A program made the position numbers and the translations under genes. A stretch of 64,000 nucleotides of DNA from Lingula anatina (lineage: Eukaryota > Animalia > Brachiopoda). The stretch spans positions 13,056,644-13,120,643 of the forward strand of contig CM120643.1 of the NCBI GenBank assembly GCA_051362555.1, read 5' to 3'. Of this stretch, positions 26,301 to 39,886 are shown piece by piece (position 1 is the first letter of the stretch; the number at the start of each line of letters is the position of its first letter). Below the pieces are notes generated by a model. The model did not search any database. It was not told where the DNA came from and saw nothing but the letters and a program-made list of their open reading frames with translations.

Positions 26301-28548
26301 TATAAGGGCACCATGTATTACAAAAATATATCGGACGTTTGAAAAAATTCTACAATTCGAAAAAAAAAAAACATTGCACTGAAACTCAGAAGGCCAACAG
26401 AAAAACTACATTAATACAAAGGGCAGACCTAAGAGTTTTTGTAGGCATTTCTTTCACCAGCTTTGTCTCCTTTGCCTCCATTAACTCTTTTGATTAATAT
26501 GTATGTAATCCGGAATTTTCCTAAAAAGGGAATTTTCCCATTTGTAAATTAGTTCTCAATGACGGGCCAGTCATTTAAACCCCTATGCTCTCTCCTCTTC
26601 GGAAGGAAATGTGGACATGTGGTATTTTTTATATGAGGGGTTTATCGTTTTTACGACCTGTATAGGATGTGGCGAAACTGAGGGTCGGTGAAACGGAGAG
26701 TTCACCCTCCGTGTAATTATACAGGTTAGGGTTAGCCTGACTAAAATGGGTCAAAATCTAGGGCGAGGTTTACCTGTGCAAAATTATGGGAACCGGACTT
26801 ACTATCATGGGGGACTCTCTGTCACGTCATATAGGATTAAAAGCTTTGCTTCGTATGTACACATAGAGGATATGATGACTAAGGGGCAATTTTAAAGGCG
26901 GATAGTTTACCTTTAAACAACTTTTTCGTATCCTCCTAGTCCAGGGAGCATGAATGGTGTTCCAATTTCCATGGAGTGAAATCACGCACAAGATAATCAG
27001 ATTGTGTGCACACAAAGGTTTCAACACATTATGTTTTCCATACACTACCAGGGTCACCAGAGCTTATCTGTTTCTGCAATTTCTAGAACGCTCAATTACC
27101 TCCGCCAAGGTGATTTCACCACTGTTTGTCTGTTTGTTTGTCATCAACATAACTCAAAAAGTTATGGACCGATTTTGATGAAATTTTCAGGAACTGTCAG
27201 AAGTGGGCCAAAGAACAGATGATTAGTTTTTGGTGGTGATCCGGTGATCAATAATCAATAACAATCAAAAATCGCTGCCTTGGCGGAGGTCTGCGCTCTC
27301 AGAGTGCTTTTCTAGTTACACCTTTGTTTTACAATAAAGGGTCCTACTTTGTACATGTGTATCGCATGACCTCGTTATAAGCCAAAATATTTCTAAGCCT
27401 TAAAAAATTTCATCCTAATTACAGATGCTTTCTTGTGCAAGGTTGTCAACGCATTGCCTCTGGTCTGCATTATGACGTCCATCTACAGCATGGTGGCCGT
27501 CTCATGGGAGCGGCGACGCGCCATTATTCGTATGGATCTTCCTCAAATGCCTTACTTCACTGCCATCAAGCTCTCGCTGCTCTTCTGGTTGCTTGCAATT
27601 GTTCTCTCCATCCCTACTTTCATAGAGTACAAAAAGACCACGGTTTGGGAAGGCAACCAAAGTTATGGCGTATGCGGCAGGGACAGAAACATAACCAGAG
27701 AATATGCCATCGCGAATGGCTTTTTTCTCTTGTTTATTGCCTATGTGATCCCGTCCGTCGTGATTCTGACGAACTATGTGATGTTAGCTATGTTTTTATG
27801 GAAGAAAAGTCATCAAGTGGTGCCCCAGTTGCAACTGGAAGGAGAGACCGGGGCTTCGAGAACGCAGGGGAATTTGGCGGTATCTAAGATAAAAGTCAGG
27901 ATCGTGAAGATGTTGATCTTGGTCGCCGCCATCTTTGTGACGTTGTGGTTACCGTATTTCGTTTTGTTGATAATTGGGGTAAGTGACGCCCTGGCACTTT
28001 CACTTTAACTCTCATGCGCACACAGCTATGCGCGCTGGTGTGCAAGTGAAAGAAAAATATGATCTTTGTGCAGCAGTTTCGGCCTTTCAAAGGCCGTTTA
28101 AAATATAACGCTTTTGACATTTTTTTTATGTCATACCCCTTAAAATGGTTCTTTCATTTTATATTTACAGAAATTGACAGACGCAGACGAGAGCGACAAC
28201 CTAGGTGGCGCTGTTAACATGGTCCGCATCACCTTGAGCGTCTTCAGCGTCTGCTATAACGTTGTTCTCTACCTCTTCTTCAACACACAATTCCGCAATG
28301 GTTTGATGAAGATCCTGTGTTGCTGCAAGCGCAATGGCAATCCGCACAGCGAGTCCCTTTACTCAATACCTCTAGGGGACCAGAACCAATCGAGCATGGT
28401 GCACCAGCCGGGCAGAGATTGCAACCCTGCAATAAGGGCTGGCACAGACTGTTTGCTCCCCAGTGCCGCCTGTATTGACAAACACGTAAGCTTTGCGAGC
28501 ATAAATAGAGAACTAGTTCCCAGAGAACCTTGTATTATATCATGTTGA
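23386..28548 (+). CDS. Rhodopsin-like (class A) GPCR, neuropeptide-receptor-like orphan. Exons 23386-23614, 27425-27978, 28171-28548
   Basis: Seven hydrophobic segments: TM1 NILV, TM2 NIAVSD, TM3 LCK...AVSWERR, TM4 WLLAIVLSIP, TM5 YVIP...Y, TM6 FVTLWLPY, TM7 YNVVLY. Helix 8 reads NTQFR, followed by a CCC palmitoylation-type cluster. Introns are GT-AG, phases 1 and 0. Confidence 0.9.
27095..27317 (+). mobile_element. Helentron-associated non-autonomous element (HINE/DINE-like), second family, in GPCR intron 1
   Basis: 13-bp sub-terminal IR ACCTCCGCCAAGG / CCTTGGCGGAGGT, a (TGTY)n microsatellite, a 3' hairpin GCGCTCT-C-AGAGTGC and a CTAGTT end. Confidence 0.75.
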
Positions 28549-31500
28549 ATTTTAATAGATTCGCCATTATGATAGCCTTGAAATACGTTTCACACCTTGT
28601 ATTATTTAAAGAAGGAACGAGAGAACTTGTTTTTGTAACAGTTTGAACATGATATCGTGTTCCTCTTTGTGAGGTGGTAGAACCCTTGATGTCCTTCGGG
28701 GATAAGTATTACTTTGTATTTTCTCAGCAGAACGTTTAAGTGCAGCACTATTCTAGATGCAAACGTGGACTACCAATCACAGCAGCACAAAGACTACTTA
28801 TACCCGCAACATAGATAAAAGACAGCCTTAGCTAGCCATCTATATGTGCGTGAGGCGTTTTCTGAGATGACAGTCTTAGCTCGAAACATGGGGTTGAGCT
28901 TAAGTGCTTGAAGGCCTATTACTTAAAAACGAGATACTCTGAGAACGCAGCATAGAAATTAATGCCAAACAAAGGTGACACTTGGTCGTGGACTCAGGGT
29001 CTCATCAACACATGCAAGTGTTGCCGTTTTGATTCAAAATGCTTCAAAAACGATAAACTACCAACATGTCTTAGAATATGTCTATCGAGCTCGATCAAGT
29101 TTAGGCCGACAAGTCGATTTAAGATTTACTAGCATGGGAGTGTAACTGGGATTTAGTGAGTCTGTCTTGTCGCAAGTGTTATTGCAACTGGATTAGACAT
29201 AGTGCACAAGTGACTGGGGGAAATGAACCGTAATTGTACGTATTTAAGCATTACGGTTACAGCATTCATAGTGACAGCGATATTTCTGTTAATATCAATG
29301 ACTCCCTTCAGACGTAACTGCTATATCGTCACCTTAATTTGCATTTTCCCAAGAGGCCGTATTCCTAATTTTTAAAATGATGAACAAGAAAAATGCATAG
29401 ATTATTGCCACGAAATATTTGGTTACAAGAAAGTGGATCGCCTTTTCACGTTAGCAATCAGTATATTGTCCTTTGTCAATCTTTGCTAATCCTTTTAATT
29501 CATTCAAAGGGTTGTTATAAGGATCCAAACGAGTTTCAGGGTGGTGGTTTTGATCCCTTTCCAGTGGCCAAATCAAATTTTCATTCTTTAGCCTCACTCC
29601 GAGCCAGTTACAGTCTTTAGTCGACCATATGTCTGTACATTTGAGTGCCTTGACTGCCTGTTTTGTTAGAAAGGCCCATCAACGGTTTTGTAATTTGTGT
29701 TATGTACGTTGTATAAAAAAAGCAATTTTAGCTTCCTTCGGATTTGCTCAATTATAAATTATTTAATAATTATTATAAAGGAATCACTATTTGAAAAGGT
29801 GATAATGTTTGAAGTTACTAGATGCAGCTTCATCAGCAGAGCGCTATTTCAATTGGTCTTTGTTTTCTTGCCATAAACTGGTAACAATTAAAATGATTTT
29901 TAAAAAATAGATCTGGAGACTATACCGGAGGTTGCTTCGCCACAATGAACCTCATACACTTCACATATTATGACAGATTTGCCTACGTACAAACGCCCAC
30001 AAACGATCCATTCTATTGCTATTTCTAAGTCGATTCGCTGCGTTTTACTGATTAAGCGTACTATTGTGGAAGAGATCCACTGGGTATCATACAATAAATG
30101 TGCGCTCGTAAAATTATTGATCACACTCACGCCTAACTTAAATGAACATGATATAAATTGTGATCACTGATTTTTACAAAGCAGTACAACAGGAGGGAAG
30201 TCAAGGAACACCTGCCCCGCCTCCATCCCACCCTACCCTCTCAAATAAAGAAGGTTTTAAGCAATATAAAACCTGATCGATATCACTGTAAGGGACAAAT
30301 GAAATGTGCAATTATTTATTCTCTGTGTGGTGCTTTAGATACCCCTCCCTGATTGCCATTAGAAGTACAAGTAAGTTCGTATTCTAGTTAGAGTTTCAGA
30401 CAACACTCCTTGCATAGGCTTTAATCTATTAATTCATCACATTAAAAGTATCTCACTTTATGCAAACAGAAGAGAATTAAACCACTCTGGAATGTCTGCA
30501 AAAAGTATGTGAAAAAGCAAAAAAAAAAAAAAAAAAAAAAAAAAGGTGTATATATATTTTTTGGTCTTTTTTCCTACTGGGTCTTCAAAAGACAGCCGAT
30601 CTAAGGAAGAAATGGGAAAGTGTAGAAAAAAACATTTATATTGGGGGGGGCATTTATGTTATTCTTGATTACTGAAGTTAAAAGCTTTATCTTAAATACA
30701 AAGATCTCTATAAAATCGCTATAGCCTACTTAGATTCTTTGTTATAACTTAAATATACATGTATTTTATATCATTATTAACGATCATTTTTCTCAGTGTG
30801 AGAATATTTTTGTATGAAATTATGAAAAAAGTTCGTATTCTATATTATGTCAAAATATGGATATATTATATTGTGTCAAAACATCCTACTGGTCCTGTAT
30901 GTCAGTGCACAGAATTCTTCATTTGGGTAAGAATGAATTATATATATATTTCATATAAGTAAATAGCTTTGCCACAAATTACAAAAGTATTTGGTTGCAT
31001 AAGAGCATGTAGCCATCAATTAGTTATCAGAACATTTAATTTTGGTTACAAATTGTTGCAGAGGCTGTTGCTTTGATAAAAAAAAATAAATGAAAATATA
31101 AGTTGTCTCTGAAGAGGATTTAGATGGTTGCACAAAGATGTGCGCGTATCGACACTTATTGTAGATGAAGTCGTATGAGGCACTTATCTTTGTTTTTATG
31201 GAATCTTCCCAGTGATATTTTTCTATTGAGAATAGCCTCAAGTGGTTTGCCCCGTCACTGTATCAACATGACAACGAGTCTGGCAAGAAAATAAGTAGCA
31301 AAGAACAATTTTCTTACAGAGCGGCTACAAGGGTCTTAAATTATATAAAATCCCATCCCTTAGCCATAATAAAGAGGGTTCCGGAGTCCCCAGATACAGG
31401 CTGGATTCCCAGTCGAGTACAAGCCTTATAAACGGAATAGGCGTTTACTAACACTACCCGCAGATCTTTTGGCACTAACGTCCATATTAACCACAAAATA

Positions 31501-33290
31501 TCCACAAATTAACCAGTAAATGAATAATTGCATTAATTTCAAGAAGCATTTTTTCAACCACCTTATATACATTTACAACTACTTCCGTCGTATAAACTTA
31601 GGTACCTGTTATCGACATATTTAACAAGAATTTTAGAAAAATGGTATTATGCGCTCGCAAAAAGCTATCACAGTAATGCTCTTGTTAATGTACTACCGGT
31701 AAATACCATTCGGAAATTAAAAGTGATGGTAGACCCGATTACGTTGTCATTCTCAGTGAACCACCAAATGCCACAGCTAGCGCACTTTTAACCAGTTACG
31801 AAATAGAAGCTTTACAAGTGTTTTTAATGTCATACACGAGGCCCAACACGCCTGTCTGTCAATTGCTAAACTAGTGTATCCAGGATTTTACTAGGGGGTA
31901 CGGGTGTAAGGGACAGGGACAGAAAGCTGCTTCAGATGACATTGTCTGGATTTTCTTAGGCTTTTTATCTTATTAGTTTTCATTTTTGAAGGGTTGCTTT
32001 GGGGGGGGGGGAGAAGGGGGAGGAAGAGGTGACCCACCCACCCCCTATCCTAAACTATTGCTTGTTATAAGAAAAAGTGTGAAAATGCGTAATAAGGCGA
32101 ATTTTTATTGGAACATTTGAATATACAAAGAAATCCATTTATACTTTGTTCCTGCTCAACGGTTAAAAGATCTGAAGAAGTGTAGATAGCATATAAAATA
32201 TTTAAATATATTTTGTTACACATTGTTTTAACCCAATGTTGTTATTTATTGTTTTCAATAAAAGTTTGAAGAAAAATGAATAGTCTTCTTCATTTTGTGA
32301 TCCTCTGTTCGATGCTTTATATATTGCCATTTTGCATTGTACTGGTATGTAAGAGCCCCGTACTTGGCCAAAACAGTACCACGAACAATCAAAACCAACG
32401 GCTGCCCCAATGACAAACATACCTGTTTACTTTACAATCCAAATTTGCAAAATTCCAAAACCGCCACAGGTCCTTATCTGACAGCCTGGCTTTTAGAGGT
32501 TATTAAGCAATAAATTAATGTGGATTCTGATAGAATACACTTTGAAACTCAAGGCATCAATTAATTAGGTGAGTGTGGTGAAAACCGTCTGTGTTAAAGC
32601 TTTCATATCTTGTATGACAGTTCATGTCATAGACCAAGTGGTTTTAAAAAATCATTACTTGGCTGCCTCGTCAAACGCTTGTTTGCATTTGGATAGAAAA
32701 TACATAACTTTTCATCGAGGATGACACATATTAAACAATAAATAAATAAATAAACACAACTAAGTATTTTTTATCCTCGTGCCGCACATTCTGTACTAAC
32801 ATTGTACTGGGTTCTTCAGGCCTTGGAAACGAAATTGCCGTACTAGTACGTAAGAAATGGACGAAAAAAGGTCACAAATTATTCGCAGCCAATAACGAAA
32901 TGTTCGCAGTCGGTATCTACACAATCCCACCATGGTTCAAGTGACTGATTCGGTGGTTGAAATAATATAGCTAATTTCTCGGTGTCGTGTCCGACATAGT
33001 ATATAACGCAGGCTTCATATTGCTCAACAGACCTAGCTGCTCTCTTGTGTAACTTTGCAGTTTCCTTGAGTAACTCTGAAGAAATGATTATGTCATACCC
33101 TGCACATTAGCCATACACTGTGGGCTTGCAGTGGGCTTGCAGTGATAGTGCAGTGGCAGTGCTGCATCGCGAGATTATCTCGTGACACGGAGTTGTCAAT
33201 ATTGTTACCATGGTTTTAGGAGGCATAACAACTATAAAGGTGTCATAGGCCACATTCAGAAGAGGGGACTAACTAGTTCGAGGGTCAAAT

Positions 33291-33640
33291 ATGGCCGACC
33301 CACTTGAATACTTCCCCACGGAATATCTAGTCAGTGTCTATTAGCGGATTGGACGGCAAGCTTTGTAGTAAGTCGCCCTCGGACAAGTTAGTTCCCTATT
33401 CTGAATGGGATCAGAAACTTAGTATAATTCATATGTATGAATTTGAAGTTGTGTGTCTCCTTATTTTGACTGTGAGGATAAAAAAGGAAAGGGATGCACC
33501 GAATACTTATCAATCAACAATGAAACTGCTCGGAGGGTGTTAAGCAACTGTACTGAGATCGAAACCGCTCCGTATGATAAATTTTCAACTGACAAACCAA
33601 CTTTCCTCGACGTGAACTCAAGGCCATTTCGGAGATATGG
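33291..33640 (+). pseudogene. Possible decayed F-box gene first exon
   Basis: ATG at 33291 gives MADPLEYFPTEYLVSV, and after a frameshift ISGLDGKLC, resembling the F-box start D.L..LP.E....I.S.LD...LC. A second frameshift precedes a long open stretch ending at the donor-like G|GTATGG. Confidence 0.3.
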
Positions 33641-35077
33641 TATGGCGTCGGTATTTTATGCAAACATACTCTCTGAACACCATATAGACATTCATGGTAT
33701 ACAGTTTCATCGTAAGACGCAATTGGCATATGTAACCTAGGCTTTAATTAATCAGAAACATAATGTCCTATTTCGCTCCCGAGTAGAATTGATTAAACCT
33801 TTTGTAAATTTAAGACATAACTGCGTAAAATTGGGCTTAAAACTTGATCCACTTGTGCCACACAAAGCTAATACAAATTAACGCCAGTAACTTTCAAAAC
33901 AGTAGGTAAGCTCTTTCTTGATTGTCACCTACTGTGATGCAAAAAACAGCTTAAAACGGAAGTATTTCTTAGAAAAAAAGGTCCAAGAAGGTTAAGCAGA
34001 TAATTGTATTCCTGTTCGACTTCTACATAATTAGGACAATTGTATATTGACAGTATTACAAGGAAACAAGACAAAAATATACTTATAATTAATACTATAA
34101 TAATTCTCGCTCCTCACCCAAACCCAATTTACAGCTTCATATGAGGTCACAGGCGTGCTCTTAAAATATTCGGTGTACAGATTACAAACTATGTTTGATT
34201 ATTTAAGGGTCCCACTTGAAGAAGTCTGTATCAAAGTTTCACTCTCCTGGAACCATGAATAATAATAAAAAGTAATTCATCGTTTAACCCCAAAAGGGAA
34301 CTGAGTTAACTTAGTGGCAACGTTTTACCCACTTTGAAAATTCAATCATCACTGGTTTTGTTCTTTAATTAATCTTTTACAAGTATAACGTTGTACAAAA
34401 TTATGATAATATTCTGTATAGACCAGTTAATTTTTGAGCGACTTTTGTTTGCTTGTCACTAAATATTAAAAAAGGGGGGGGGGGGGGGGGGAGTACACCC
34501 TGCTGACAGTAAAATAAGCATTAAGTTAACTGTTTTCCATTCTTGGTCCAAATATTGCATCAGAAATGCCAAATTATCATAGAATCACAATATACTTTTC
34601 AGTTAGCAACAGAAAACCCTGTTTCCTATTGCACCAAGTGCTTGTGGCAAGATGAAACTTTCTGACAATTTTTCTGGGGTACACAGGCCTACGTAACGTA
34701 GTATTAGCCATGAAGCAAACCCCTTGCAGTTCCAGTTTGAATATTTATAAAAACATCATATATAAAACGTCATATATAATTTACCACGACTGAATCACTA
34801 CAAACTAAAATATATCGGAACGCGATATAAAAATTAAAAATATATATAAACATATCGGTACGTTACCGAAATATACGTTGCCATTTAGGCTACCCACACG
34901 ATGTATAGACATGGTATGAATTAAAAGTACATGTAAAATTGAGACAGCCGTGGATTGTTGTACTATAAACATATATGTTTTTAAAAAATTGAATGCAACT
35001 TTGAATACATTCAATTTTATTTATTTATTTTTTACTTTTTATTTACTTATTTATTTATTTATTATTATTATTTTATG

Positions 35078-35551
35078 TTAAAGCATGTGAAATGCGCCTC
35101 TATATTGGGATTGGGTTTCCTATATCTTGCATCCACTAATGCCGTAACCGCAATTGGTTTTCGTAACTGCAATTTTTCTCTTAATGACGTTCTAGTAAAT
35201 CATTCTCAGAACATAATGTGCACGAAAGTTTTAAGGTACTCTGCGCGAAATTTACTCGCCAAAATGAATTTTCTTGAAAGAAAAATTTCTACTACTGACG
35301 AATTGCTTGACCCGTTCGTGCACTTGGATTCGATGATTTATTCCACGATTAATTAAATGGTTTAGTTCTTAATGGCTGGACAGTCATATAGAAGGACATA
35401 TCTTCCTGTACATCACAGAAGGAATTTTCGATGTCAGGTACTTTTATTTGAGGATACTATTTTTAAAAGCTATGCAGTAGTAGCTTTTGCAGGATACGTA
35501 AGCAAAGAAAATAGGCTGGGGAATTTTCAAACGCGCACAATATACATTTAA
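35078..35551. mobile_element. Degenerate TTAA-flanked DNA element; right half repeated at ~1130-1310
   Basis: The segment GTCAGGTACTTTTATTTGAG...AGCTTT(T)GCAGGATA is shared by both loci, and both end ...TACMTTTAA. Confidence 0.45.
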
Positions 35552-36301
35552 GTCTAAAAAAAGCATGAAAAAATCTTATGTTTGGTGTAAAATGAACCGA
35601 GAAAACGCCTTAAATTAATGGCCTATAGAGGATAAACTGTGGATTGAGAAGAATGGGAATAGTAATCAGCTGAAAGGGTGGATGCCTTATCTACTTAGCG
35701 TCTTATGGTACGTGATGCACACGCTTATCACAATATAGGATTCAGTGTTGTGTCCTCGCCATAATGAAACAAGAATGTCATTGTTTTAGATGTTCTACAT
35801 GCAGATCATAATTATGTTGTAGTGTTTTCTCCAGATAAAAATGATTAACAGTCAAGCAATATTGTTTTTATTCCACCAACATCTTTGCGACCGTTTAGAG
35901 TTAGACTGTTGGACTGGTTCGACAAATAAACGGTGTGAAACCCTCTGGTTTTCTGACATTGTTTCTATCTTCCTTTTGCTTTGCCGTACTTTAGGAGCAA
36001 ATGAGTAAATTATATGGATGCCAATAAAGATAAATCCTTGCATAAACCAAGCTGTCATAACTAAACTAGGGCGATACGAGGTTAATGTCATTGCCTTGAT
36101 GGCCGATTGTGGCTTAGCTTTATGTCCATTTACTGTCATTTTCTCTCTGTCGTATTACCTCTTATCGTGTTAGTCATCTTGCTCTTGCCTCACCTGAGTA
36201 ACGAGTTACTGTACTAGACATTAGGGAAATGGAAGGACGGTGTGTTTACATGTATATAAAGTGCACTATAAACGGTGTCGAGCGTGTGTGTGTGTCTGCG
36301 C

Positions 36302-36344
<43 letters not shown>

Positions 36345-37671
36345 AGTCGTTTTATAACGAAAATGTGGCGAAATCAATATCACTTCATTCATAAAATGTC
36401 ACTGAAAATCGCTTTTATTATTTCGAGGTGATGCATAAAAAAATTCGAACTGCCGGAGATGACTTGATTTCTTTCATTACCTAGAGCAATTACGTTATAA
36501 ACACTTAATGGTCATGGTTTGGGAATAAAAACGGACTTTTCTCCATTCTCAAACATAAATCTCCTGAATACTCTATCAAACGTCACCTTTTCCATTCACT
36601 TTAAACACTGACGTGGTCCATGCGCTGCCGTTTGGATTAAACATTAAATTTCGCCACGAACAAGTTATGAAGGATGGGGAGCAATACTTATTTCTCTTTT
36701 TTGCCAGATACAAAGTGTGATAAGCTGAAAATGGTCTACAAAAAGAAGACGTAGCGTAGTTCAAAGCAATAAAAACAGTTCCCTATTTTTTTGTTTTTGA
36801 CACTTTTCATTGTCAGTTCAGTTAAGTGGACAAACCAATGCTTTTAACTAACACTTTTGTTTGGCAATAATGCATAGTTTTATTTCATTCGTCGCCATAA
36901 ATATTGATAACTTAATGCCACTTGACAGGCCAGAGCGTTCCGGCACTGCAGTTCAGTTTCTGTAAGACTTGCAATACTTCAAAATGATTAAGCACGCAGT
37001 GATTAGGTGCCGCGCACAGCGTTCATTTTGCTGATATTACAGCCAAAAGTAAGAATATGGCACCATTATATATCAAACAGAGGTATTAAATATACATGAA
37101 AAAAAAACTGATTATAATGTTAGTGTGCGAGAACTAATGTAAAAAGAACGGTGAATTACTATACTGTGAATGCTTGGTACATAAATCATAACGCTGACAC
37201 CAGATATATGGTTCAAATATAAGATCGTCGTATTGCTCTTGCTTGGAATGGGAGAAATGGAAATTTGTTAAGCAATTTTCATGTACATATGGGGTTTCAC
37301 ATATCTGCTTAATTGATTGGTAATATTATTCATTACAAGTATTGCTTTTGTTGCTTTTTTATAACCTTATAAATTATTTCAGTTGAATCCCGTCATACGC
37401 GTTTAGTTCGCCTAAGGGTAACTTAACATAAAAGTGAGCATTTGAGTCGCGTCAATGAGGCACATACTTAGTGTATTATTTTGCATACTTTTGATTTGCC
37501 CCATTTATTTTTCTCTGTTTTATGTTATAGGCCTAGTCCCCTCAAATATGACAAGAATTCAATAATAATTAAATAGTGATATTAATAATAATGATTTTAT
37601 TGAGCACAGAAATGCTTTTACATTTAAAGGCTCTCTAACTACCATATATTCCTTATACATGTATATATAGG

Positions 37672-38710
37672 TTAAAACTGTTATTGTACAAATATTACGC
37701 AAATTATAAAAAGTAATTATGCAAATATTACCCAAATTAAAAACAGTATTTATGCCAATATTACGCAAATTATAAAACAGTTATTATGCAAATATTACGC
37801 AAATCATAAAAGTCATTATAATGGAAATATTACGCAAAATGTGTGCGCCACTGACGTGACTCAAATATTCGCTTGTTCATGAATGACTTCTCAGACATTT
37901 GGATACGCACCCTCGGCAAATCTTTGAAAAGCAACGATACTGATCATCTGGCACAGCTAGCTCCAAATCACTCCCCCGGGGCCCGTATATTGCGGACAAT
38001 AAATTTGCGGAAAACACTGAATAGAGACAAGCGTCTCACCTGCCTTAACCTTGCTGAGACTTATGGTCTGAAGTCGTGTTCCCAGTTAATTTGATTGGAT
38101 TTAACTCGGTATGACCAGCCTTAGCCGATTGCCTGCTTTCAGTAAGGTACCAAAGCATAGCAGAGCACGGCTTCACGAGAATTTACCACCCCTAAATGAT
38201 TTCAACTTTGAAATCTAAGACTCTTAGAGATAGGCCGGTCTAATGTGGTCGGAAACACGACCGAGTACGACTCATCGTGAAAAATTGGGAATTAGTAGAT
38301 ATAGGTTTACAAACGGAGATTGGGCAGTCTTATTACTTTGCGTGATTATGATGCACTGCCAATCTCCGACACAATTATGCTAAAGAAACTTCCAAGGCTG
38401 CGCATTCTAGACGCGAAAGGCAACACTGTGCAATGTCAAGTTAATTTGACATTTTCTGTCAACTTTGAAGCGAAATTCATTAAGACCATTTGTAATTATA
38501 GAAAGGAACGATCTGAAATTGTTTCCTTATTCTCATACCAAATTGCGTTTATACACCTTTCTGGACAATATATTAATCACATCGTGTACGCTATATTGCA
38601 TATTATGGGAGTTCTCAAGGGATTTTTTTCAATAGGGTAATTTGACAAAAAAATGAACATTTGAGTCACGTCAGTGACACTTACATTTCACGTAATATTT
38701 GCATAACCGT
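37672..38710. mobile_element. DNA element with long imperfect inverted arms and ~30-bp sub-terminal tandem repeats
   Basis: ATATTACGCAAAATGT..CACTGACGTGACTCAAATATTC (~37827-37870) is inverted to GAACATTTGAGTCACGTCAGTG..ACATTTCACGTAATATTTGCATAA (~38655-38706). About five TTATGCAAATATTACGCAAATTATAAAA units lie at 37680-37840, and another right-arm fragment lies at ~37435-37490. Confidence 0.55.
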
Positions 38711-38828
38711 TTTGTTCATCGATTTTTTTTCAATATAGGTTATTTTAATATATATAAAAATAATGGGACAAGTCAGGGTTGTGTATATATTACACAGAAT
38801 AGGAGTCGTTGGGGTGACTTTTTTTTTT

Positions 38829-38867
<39 letters not shown>

Positions 38868-39886
38868 AAAGACCCAGTATTGAGTTTAAGTCTACAAGCA
38901 ATTCCAAGATTCCTTGTTTACAATGCTCTTTATTAAGCACTGGTTGAAATACATGGCGCATCTTATATATATATATATATATATAATCATTTTTTTTATA
39001 CTTGACAATTTTTATTTGCTTTCCGTACACCTTACAGACAACATTCGGTGGAGATCAAATTGTGATACAATGTAAAGTTCATGATGCCTATATCTCTTTA
39101 ACATTTTATGTCCTTGTGAGCAGTATGTTCTACAACAGAATCGTGTAACCCAAACTACACAAAGGACTGATAAAGCTTGGTCTTGGCAGACCAAGGTTAA
39201 GATAAAAAATACATGACAACCTATTATTGAAAATATGGCTGTAACCTACATTTGCTCAGCGAACATGTATGAAATCATTCCCAATAAGGAAATCATCACC
39301 ACAAAATATTTCATAAACGCAACTTTGACAGAAGTTGTTATCCATTAATTCAAAACTCTACCCAAAATGGGTTTTAGATCGAGTTCATTTCCGTAGTCCC
39401 TTGCGCAATTCCTAACCATTCAACGTCATCACACGCCTACGTGTGTGACACCAATTTCGGCGTTTTCTACCATATTGATGTTCAATCGTTTTGAATCATG
39501 ATATATCTAGTTATCAAATAACAAAAAATGGCTCTATTTTAAGAGCAAACTCAGTCCCTTCCGTCTTATAGTAATAAGATGTATAAAAACAGCGACTGAC
39601 TTAGGATTGTCTCCGCATGTGTTCTTTATAAATCAATCATCCGATGGCTGAACTCACTGGTAACACAAGGACATTTGAGCATTCCTACTCCTAATCACAC
39701 ATACATGATGTGCCCTGTGTCAGTTTTACACAACCTAGTCCACATACAATTCTTTCACTGTACGCAAAGGAAAAATGTACCAGAATACCAACAATTTCAG
39801 TCATCTTTTGGACCCAAAAGTCCAGAAATGCACTTCAGGCCCATTTCTAGAGGACTGCCAATCTTGGTTTGACCAATCTAAGCTAC

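Noticed and set aside
26724-26736. GGTTAGGGTTAG telomere-like motif
   Set aside because: Only two units inside a degenerate repeat; not an interstitial telomere array.
28171-28300. GPCR as an opsin
   Set aside because: The position equivalent to the retinal-binding Lys296 (six residues before the TM7 Asn) is Val.
31345-31400. Ig-domain-like GTPEPSLLWLRDG on the minus strand
   Set aside because: It lacks the upstream B-strand cysteine, is bounded by stops, and is too short to call.
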